DNA of 28,806 nucleotides, taken from Gaiellaceae bacterium (GTDB taxonomy: Bacteria; Actinomycetota; Thermoleophilia; Gaiellales; Gaiellaceae). A program made the position numbers and the translations under genes. A model generated the notes under the pieces. The model was not told where the DNA came from and made no database searches. It was given only the letters and a program-made list of their open reading frames with translations. Location: the NCBI GenBank assembly GCA_036380395.1, contig DASVEU010000117.1, forward strand, positions 1 through 28,806, read 5' to 3'. Positions 23,527 through 28,806 of the stretch are shown piece after piece; the stretch's first letter is position 1; each line of letters starts with the position of its first letter.

Positions 23527-24980
23527 GCACGCGCACGAGCGACTACTCGATGTACGTCGGCGGCTCGTGGGTCGAAAGCGAGTCCGGTGAACGGATGGAG
23601 GCGACCAGTCCGGCAACAGGTGAGACGATCGGGTCCGTCCCCGAGGCGACGCGCGACGACGCTCGGCGGGCGATCGCGGCGGCCAACGCGGCCGCGCGCG
23701 AGTGGGCGGCCCGCTCGGCTTTCGAGCGCGCGGCGGCAATGGAGCGAGTAGCCGAGATCATCGAGGAGCGCCGTGATGACCTTGCGCGCACGCTCACGCT
23801 CGACCAGGGCAAGCCCCTGCGCGCCGAGTCCTACGGCGAGGTGGATGAGCTCATCGAGTACTGGCGAATGGCCGCAGGCGATGCGCGACGGCTCGAAGGT
23901 CTCATGCCGCCGTCGGTGGACGCGTCGAAGCGGGTGCTCGCCTACCGCGTTCCGCGCGGGGTCGTCGGCGTGATCACGCCGTGGAACTGGCCGTACACGA
24001 TGGCTGCGGAGGTAGTCGCTCCGGCGCTCGCCTCGGGAAACACCGTCGTCTGGGGGCCGGCGACTTCGACGTCGGTGTGCTCGGTCAAGCTGGCCGAGTG
24101 CGTCGTGGACGCCGAGCTTCCCGCCGGGGTCTTCAACCTGGTGACCGGCCCCGGCTCGGTCGTCGGAGACGAGATTGCAACAAACGCTGGCACGCACGCA
24201 ATCGGCTTCGTCGGCTCGGTCGCCACGGGGTACCGCGTCGCCGAGCGCGCCGCGGGCAAGGCGCTTCTGCTCGAGATGGGAGGGAACGGTCCCCTGGTCG
24301 TCCTCGAGGACGCGGACCTGGACGGCGCCGTCGAGGCGACGCTCGCGGCTGCGTTCCTGTGCGCCGGACAGAGCTGCACCGCCGGCGAGCGCTTCCTCGT
24401 GCACGAGGACGTCCACGACGAGTACCTCGACAAGCTGACGGCAGCGGTCGCGAAAACGATCCGACTGGGCGACCCCTTTGCGGACGAGACGACGATGGGC
24501 CCGCTCAACAACGAGCGCACCGCCGCGAAGATGGACAACCACGTCGGCGACGCGGTCGAGCGCGGCGCGGTGCTCGTCGCCGGCGGCGCGCGCGCGCGCG
24601 AGTTTCCCACGGACCTGTACTACGAGGCGACCGTCCTCGACCGTGTGAACGACGAGATGGATGTCGCCAAAGACGAGACGTTCGGGCCGGTCGTTCCCAT
24701 TTCGACGATCCGGAGCGAGGACGAGGCACTCGCGATCATCGACTCGTCCCCGTACGGGCTGCTGGCCGCCGTCTTCACGAACGACCTTCGCCGCGGCCTG
24801 CGGTTCGCCGAGGCTGCGCGGACCGGCTGGGTGAACATCAACGAGTCGACGAACTACTGGGAGAGCCATCTCCCGTTCGGAGGGCGGGCCGGGTCGCAAA
24901 GCGGGATCGGCCGGGTCGGCGGACGCTTCTCGATGGAGACGTTCACGGAGCTCAAGACCGTAGTCGTGAATCTGGGCTAA
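23523..24980 (+). CDS. NAD(P)-dependent aldehyde dehydrogenase; betaine aldehyde dehydrogenase by context
   Basis: ITPWNWP, GFVGSVATG, LEMGGNG (general-base Glu), AGQSCTA (catalytic Cys), ETFGP, PFGG. The first ATG is 23550; an in-frame CTG at 23523 overlaps the gbsB TGA and has a GAGGG SD. Confidence 0.9.
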   Translation: MSTRTSDYSMYVGGSWVESESGERMEATSPATGETIGSVPEATRDDARRAIAAANAAAREWAARSAFERAAAMERVAEIIEERRDDLARTLTLDQGKPLRAESYGEVDELIEYWRMAAGDARRLEGLMPPSVDASKRVLAYRVPRGVVGVITPWNWPYTMAAEVVAPALASGNTVVWGPATSTSVCSVKLAECVVDAELPAGVFNLVTGPGSVVGDEIATNAGTHAIGFVGSVATGYRVAERAAGKALLLEMGGNGPLVVLEDADLDGAVEATLAAAFLCAGQSCTAGERFLVHEDVHDEYLDKLTAAVAKTIRLGDPFADETTMGPLNNERTAAKMDNHVGDAVERGAVLVAGGARAREFPTDLYYEATVLDRVNDEMDVAKDETFGPVVPISTIRSEDEALAIIDSSPYGLLAAVFTNDLRRGLRFAEAARTGWVNINESTNYWESHLPFGGRAGSQSGIGRVGGRFSMETFTELKTVVVNLG

Positions 24981-24999
24981 GGAAGAGGAGGCAGCTGCA

Positions 25000-26211
25000 G
25001 TGACGAAGATCGTCGAGCACCCCGAGGTCTTGCTGTACACGCGGGTCCGGAAGTCGCCGTACTTTTACGCGTCGCGCCGTCACGGCGTGCACATGTACAG
25101 CTTCTACAACCACATGTACCACCCTCGTCACTACGGCGACCCGGTGGCGGAGTACTGGGAACTTCTGAACGGTGTCACGCTCTGGGACGTCGGGGTCGAG
25201 CGGCAGGTGGAGATCACGGGGCCCGACGCGTTCACGCTGGCGAACATGCTCGTCCCGCGCGACCTGAACAAGTGTGCGGTCGGGCAGTGCAAGTACGTTT
25301 TCATCACTGCTCCCGACGGCGGCATCATCAACGACCCGATCCTGCTGCGGCTGGAAGAGAACCACTTCTGGATCTCCGTCGCGGACAGCGATGTGCTCCT
25401 GTGGGCGATGGGGGTCGCCTACAATTCGGGGCTCGACGTCAAGATCGGCGAGCCGGATGTCGGCCCGATGCAGATCCAGGGCCCGAAGTCGAGGGACGTG
25501 CTCGTCGACCTCCTTGGCGACAGCGTGCTCGAGATTCCGTACTACTTCCTGAAGGATTACGAGCTCGAGGGCATGCACTTGACGGTCTCGCGCACGGGCT
25601 ACACCTCCGAGATCGGGTTCGAGATCTACTGCCGCGATGCGGCCAACAACGGCATCAAGCTCTGGGACCTGGTGCTCGAGGCGGGCAAGCCGCACGGCCT
25701 CGCCGTTATCGGGCCCTGCCACATCCGCCGCATCGAGGGCGGCATCCTGGCGTACGGCGCGGACATGTGGCTGGATACGAACCCCTACGAGGTCGACCTG
25801 GGCTACGAGTGGATGGTCGACCTCGAGCAGGAGGCGGACTTCGTGGGGAAGGACGCGCTGCGGAAGATCAAGGAGAAAGGAATCTCGCGAAAGCTCGTGG
25901 GCGTTGAGATCGGCGGCGCCAAGCTCGGCTCCTACAACGACGGCTCGATGATGGACTTCTTCCCTGTGTCCGCCGATGGGAAGAACATCGGCAAGGTGAC
26001 GTCGGCATGCTTCTCGCCGCGCCTCGAGAAGAACATCGGCTACGCGATGGTTCCGATCGAGTACGCCGAGCTGGGGACGGAGCTCGAGGTCGAGAGGCCG
26101 GAAGAGAAGACCTCGGCCGTTGTCGTCCGCAGGCCGTTCATCGATCCTGAGAAGGAGATTCCGAAGCAGGACCTCGCGGCCGCGGGGGCCAGGGACGAAT
26201 CGAGCAGCTAA
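25000..26211 (+). CDS. GcvT-family THF-dependent methyltransferase/demethylase, DmdA-like
   Basis: AGGAGG SD. RVRKSPY, YNHMYHP, LWDVGVERQVEITGPDA, NDPILLRL, ISVADSD, IQGPKS, SRTGY..EIGFEIY, RRIEGG...YGAD and SACFSPRL follow the DmdA pattern as I recall it (YNHM..P, WDV..ERQVEI.G.D, ADSD, YEVY). Confidence 0.8.
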   Translation: MTKIVEHPEVLLYTRVRKSPYFYASRRHGVHMYSFYNHMYHPRHYGDPVAEYWELLNGVTLWDVGVERQVEITGPDAFTLANMLVPRDLNKCAVGQCKYVFITAPDGGIINDPILLRLEENHFWISVADSDVLLWAMGVAYNSGLDVKIGEPDVGPMQIQGPKSRDVLVDLLGDSVLEIPYYFLKDYELEGMHLTVSRTGYTSEIGFEIYCRDAANNGIKLWDLVLEAGKPHGLAVIGPCHIRRIEGGILAYGADMWLDTNPYEVDLGYEWMVDLEQEADFVGKDALRKIKEKGISRKLVGVEIGGAKLGSYNDGSMMDFFPVSADGKNIGKVTSACFSPRLEKNIGYAMVPIEYAELGTELEVERPEEKTSAVVVRRPFIDPEKEIPKQDLAAAGARDESSS

Positions 26212-27058
26212 CGGAACCAATGCCGGTCGGGACGCGCTCGCCGCGCTACTGAGGCGTCCTCGCTACGAGGTGTTCCCCGTCGAGGGGATCGCCGACGACG
26301 TGGTCACGCACGTCCCGACCGAGATCAAGGTGGCGGTCACCTCGTCGCCGGCACGGGGGATCGAAGCGACGCTGCGACTGTGCGAGGAGCTCACGTCGGC
26401 CCAGTTCCAGGTTGCGCCGCACCTCGCAGCTCGCCTCGTCAGGGACGAGGAGCATCTGCAAGACATCCTTCAGCGGCTCTTCGCGATCGGCGTCCGCGAC
26501 GTCTTCGCGATCGCCGGCGACGCGGACCTGCCTGCAGGGAAGTTCGACGGCGCGACGGCGCTGCTCGTGGCGATGGCCGAGCTCGGGCACGGCCTGGAAC
26601 AGGTTGGGATCTCCGGCTACCCGGAGAGCCATCCCTTCATCAGCGACGAGACCACGATTCAGGTGATGTTCGACAAGGAGCCCTTCGCGACGTACATCGT
26701 CAGCCAGCTCTGCCTCGACGCCGGTGTGATCGCGTGGTGGATCGGAGCCGTCAGAGCCCGCGGCGTCCGGCTCCCCATCCACATCGGGATTCCCGGGCCG
26801 ATTGCGAGCACGAAGCTCCTTCGCATCGCGACGAGGATCGGAGTCGGTGAGTCGACGCGATTTCTGCGCCGGCACGGCGGGCTGCTCGCACGCCTGTTCC
26901 TGCGCGGCCGCTACGGCCCCGGCTCGCTGATCGAGCAGTTGGCGCCGCAGCTCGCCGACCCAGCGTCCGCAATCGGCGGCTTCCATGTCTACACGTTCAA
27001 TGAACTGGCGACGACGGAACGCTGGCGGCGCGAGGCGCTTCGCCGCCTCGAGTCCTGA
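26120..27058 (+). CDS. metF: Methylenetetrahydrofolate reductase-like flavoprotein (MetF family)
   Basis: YEVFP (catalytic Glu), PHLAAR, AIAGD (Asp), GYPESHP, IVSQL, IGIPGP, FHVYTFN. The start is ambiguous (TTG 26120, ACG 26195, CTG 26249 or GTG 26270). Confidence 0.8.
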   Translation: MSSAGRSSILRRRFRSRTSRPRGPGTNRAANGTNAGRDALAALLRRPRYEVFPVEGIADDVVTHVPTEIKVAVTSSPARGIEATLRLCEELTSAQFQVAPHLAARLVRDEEHLQDILQRLFAIGVRDVFAIAGDADLPAGKFDGATALLVAMAELGHGLEQVGISGYPESHPFISDETTIQVMFDKEPFATYIVSQLCLDAGVIAWWIGAVRARGVRLPIHIGIPGPIASTKLLRIATRIGVGESTRFLRRHGGLLARLFLRGRYGPGSLIEQLAPQLADPASAIGGFHVYTFNELATTERWRREALRRLES

Positions 27059-28556
27059 AGAGCTCATCGACACGCCGGACGACGTTTTCGCCGGCGAGAC
27101 CGCGAAGGGCAAGCGTCGTCCGGCGCCGGAGCACGTCCTCCGGCCCGTACGCCCACTCGAACTCGCGCGCGTACAAGGCCTGCGCGCCGATGTCGGGCCC
27201 TTTTGGGTGAATCGGTTGGAGCAGGTCAGGATCCGCGACGGCCGGAGCAAGTACCTCGTCGGCCAGGCTCCCGTACAGATGGACGAGGTGCGTGCAGACC
27301 GCCACGTCGAGGTCAGGCAAGCGACGGGCAAGCCGGCGCACGCCCTCGACCGGGTCGATCGCGCCCGGTAGGGGGAAAGGCCCCCGATCGAGACGGTGCA
27401 AGCCGAACTCGGCGCGAAGCGTCGTGAGCGCTGCGTGCGCGATCCGGCGGTAGGTCGTGAGCTTGCCGCCCGCCACGCTCAGCATCCCGGTCGGGCCGGT
27501 GAGGAAGACGGTCTCGCGGCGGGCGCTCGTCGTGGCGCCGTCGCCCATCGGGAGGACGCGCAGGCCGGCGAAGGTGGAGCAGATCGCTTCCGGCCGGAGC
27601 AGGTCCGCCTCGATCCCGACGGCCGCCTCGCCGAGTATCTGCGCGACATCGGCTTCGGTCGCCTGGACTTCCTCGGGCCCTCGGTCGAAGAGCGTGTCCG
27701 TCGTCCCGAGCAGGAGCATGCCCTGCCAGGGGACGGCGAAGGAGACGCGCACCTTGTCGTGGGGGATCGTGAGCGCGGCCGCCCACGGCTCGTCGAGGGG
27801 CAGCAGCACGTGCGCGCCCTTGCTGAGCCGGACCGATGGGGTCGCCGCGGGGTCCTCGAGCCGGCGTACCTCGTCAACCCACGGGCCGGTCGCGTTGACG
27901 ACCACGCGTGCGGAAACCGAGACTTCGGTTCCGTCGACGAGTACCTCGGCCCCGGCGACGCGACCGCGAACGTTTCGCAGCCCGCGAACCTCGGCGTAGT
28001 TGAGCACCGTCGCACCTGCCTCAGCCGCAGCCCGGACGTTTGCGAGGCAGAGGCGCCCATCGTGCGTGGCTGCGTCGGCGTAGAGGCCGCACGAGCGCAG
28101 CCCGTCGAGGCGCAGGCTCGGGATGTGCTCCCGTGCGCGCTCGGGGGGCACGAGCCGGTTCAATCGTGCGCGGGCGAGCCCGCTGTAGAGGACGAGACCG
28201 GTTTGAATCGTCAGGCGCCCGTAAGGGCCATTGCGGTACAGGGGGAGCAGGAAGGGCAGACGGCGGACGAGATGCGGCGCGACGACCTGCATCAGTAGCC
28301 GCCGCTCGTGGTGGGCCTCGCGAACGAGGCGGATGTCGCCGAGCCGGAGGTAGCGGAGGCCGCCGTGGATGAGTTTCGAGGAAGCGCTCGAGGTGCCCGC
28401 GCCAAAGTCGCGGCGGTCGACGAGCGCGACGGCGAGGCCTGCGCGCGCGGCCTCAGCCGCGATTCCAGCCCCGACGATCCCGCCCCCGATCACAAGCAGG
28501 TCGAACGTCCGTTGCCCGAGCCGCTCGCGCGCTTCCTCGCGGGAAACTAGGTCCAC
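26997..28556 (-). CDS. glpD: FAD-dependent glycerol-3-phosphate dehydrogenase/oxidase
   Basis: FDLLVIGGGIVGAG, DFGAGTSSASSKLIHGGLRYL, VVNATGPWVD, SKGAHV, LLGTTDT, FAGLRVL, GGKLTTYR, EDVLRRRT. I moved the start to GTG 28556, which overlaps the upstream gene's stop. Confidence 0.92.
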   Translation of the reverse strand: MDLVSREEARERLGQRTFDLLVIGGGIVGAGIAAEAARAGLAVALVDRRDFGAGTSSASSKLIHGGLRYLRLGDIRLVREAHHERRLLMQVVAPHLVRRLPFLLPLYRNGPYGRLTIQTGLVLYSGLARARLNRLVPPERAREHIPSLRLDGLRSCGLYADAATHDGRLCLANVRAAAEAGATVLNYAEVRGLRNVRGRVAGAEVLVDGTEVSVSARVVVNATGPWVDEVRRLEDPAATPSVRLSKGAHVLLPLDEPWAAALTIPHDKVRVSFAVPWQGMLLLGTTDTLFDRGPEEVQATEADVAQILGEAAVGIEADLLRPEAICSTFAGLRVLPMGDGATTSARRETVFLTGPTGMLSVAGGKLTTYRRIAHAALTTLRAEFGLHRLDRGPFPLPGAIDPVEGVRRLARRLPDLDVAVCTHLVHLYGSLADEVLAPAVADPDLLQPIHPKGPDIGAQALYAREFEWAYGPEDVLRRRTTLALRGLAGENVVRRVDELFRTRGGEAPRAASVPSSPVH

Positions 28557-28806
28557 AACGGGTTCGTCCAGGCCTTCCGGCCGTAGGAGTCGACAAGCTC
28601 GAGCCGTCCGTAGAGGCTGCCGGCCGGCCATTCGAGGCGTGCGCACGTGATCTCTTCGTCGTCTGCCTCGGACAGGATCTCGCCGGCGTACCGGTAGCCG
28701 AAACGGCCGGCGCTGACGGAGGAGCCCCGGCGGGGGCTGGTGCACAGCGTGACTCTCTGACAGGGACTGCACAGCACCTCGACGCTCCCCTTCTCGAGGT
28801 GGAGCT
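28547..28806 (-). CDS. C-terminus of a probable PHP-domain / CehA-McbA family metallohydrolase (runs off the right edge)
   Basis: The frame is open to the window edge and ends in YGRLELVDSYGRKAWTNPLWT, matching the Y.R.E..D..G..AW[ST]NP.W tail of that family. The catalytic domain lies outside the window. Confidence 0.5.
   Translation of the reverse strand, partial: LHLEKGSVEVLCSPCQRVTLCTSPRRGSSVSAGRFGYRYAGEILSEADDEEITCARLEWPAGSLYGRLELVDSYGRKAWTNPLWT

Noticed and set aside
21340-23739. 799-aa minus-strand ORF, and other long shadow ORFs (1452-2261, 4425-5654, 8441-9796, 11256-13025, 16545-18146, 19517-20620, 23493-25040, 24952-26220)
   Set aside because: They are antisense or alternate-frame to well-supported genes, are Arg/Ala/Pro-rich with no motifs, and are expected from stop-codon scarcity in high-GC DNA.
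25000-26211. Calling this gene gcvT (glycine cleavage T protein)
   Set aside because: There is no gcvH or gcvP nearby, and the N-terminal motifs fit the DmdA-like demethylase branch better than true GcvT.
26220-26252. ATG 26220 as the metF start, or a frameshift
   Set aside because: It is out of frame and closes after 10 codons (MPVGTRSPRY). The metF frame is already open through this region, so no frameshift is needed.
1-28806. Selenoprotein genes (in-frame UGA plus SECIS) near selA/selB
   Set aside because: The TGA-ending genes finish at natural family C-termini or overlap the next start, and the catalytic Cys positions (ALDH, nitrilase, MOSC) are ordinary Cys codons.
1-28806. Mobile elements, CRISPR arrays, rRNA/tRNA or horizontally acquired low-GC islands
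   Set aside because: I saw no transposase or integrase motifs, no spaced direct repeats and no evident compositional break by eye. A sliding GC/tetranucleotide scan would be needed to exclude subtle ones.

Overview
High-GC, densely coding bacterial DNA, probably from an actinobacterium such as Thermoleophilia/Gaiellales (inference from gene style and the many apparently leaderless starts). From left to right it holds: a partial ftsH; a fused moaD-moaE; a 76-aa orphan; an M50 protease-LOG pair; a selA-methyltransferase-selB operon; a candidate 23-codon ORF; a minus-strand hydantoinase/oxoprolinase A/B-MOSC-SDR-nitrilase block; and a HAD hydrolase with a pterin-carbinolamine dehydratase. Positions 13985-27058 form a bidirectional island around a GntR gene and an AT-rich inverted repeat. 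The left arm is GntR, a dimethylglycine/sarcosine dehydrogenase-like flavoprotein, etfB and etfA. The right arm is an uncharacterised nucleotidyltransferase, a metallophosphoesterase, an APC permease, a GbsB-type choline dehydrogenase, an aldehyde dehydrogenase, a DmdA-like THF-dependent demethylase and a MetF-like reductase. The window ends with convergent glpD and a partial PHP/CehA-McbA-like hydrolase. The main hypothesis is a choline -> glycine betaine -> dimethylglycine pathway in which the betaine demethylation step is done by a DmdA-like/GcvT-family enzyme coupled to MetF, with an unexplained nucleotidyltransferase/phosphoesterase front end. Other signals are a methyltransferase locked between selA and selB, three genes that seem to need near-cognate starts (ATA, CTG, ACG), and 17-20 bp bidirectional promoter regions. 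No tRNA, rRNA, CRISPR array or mobile element was seen. Family calls rest on motif recognition and remembered reference sequences; no database searches were run.
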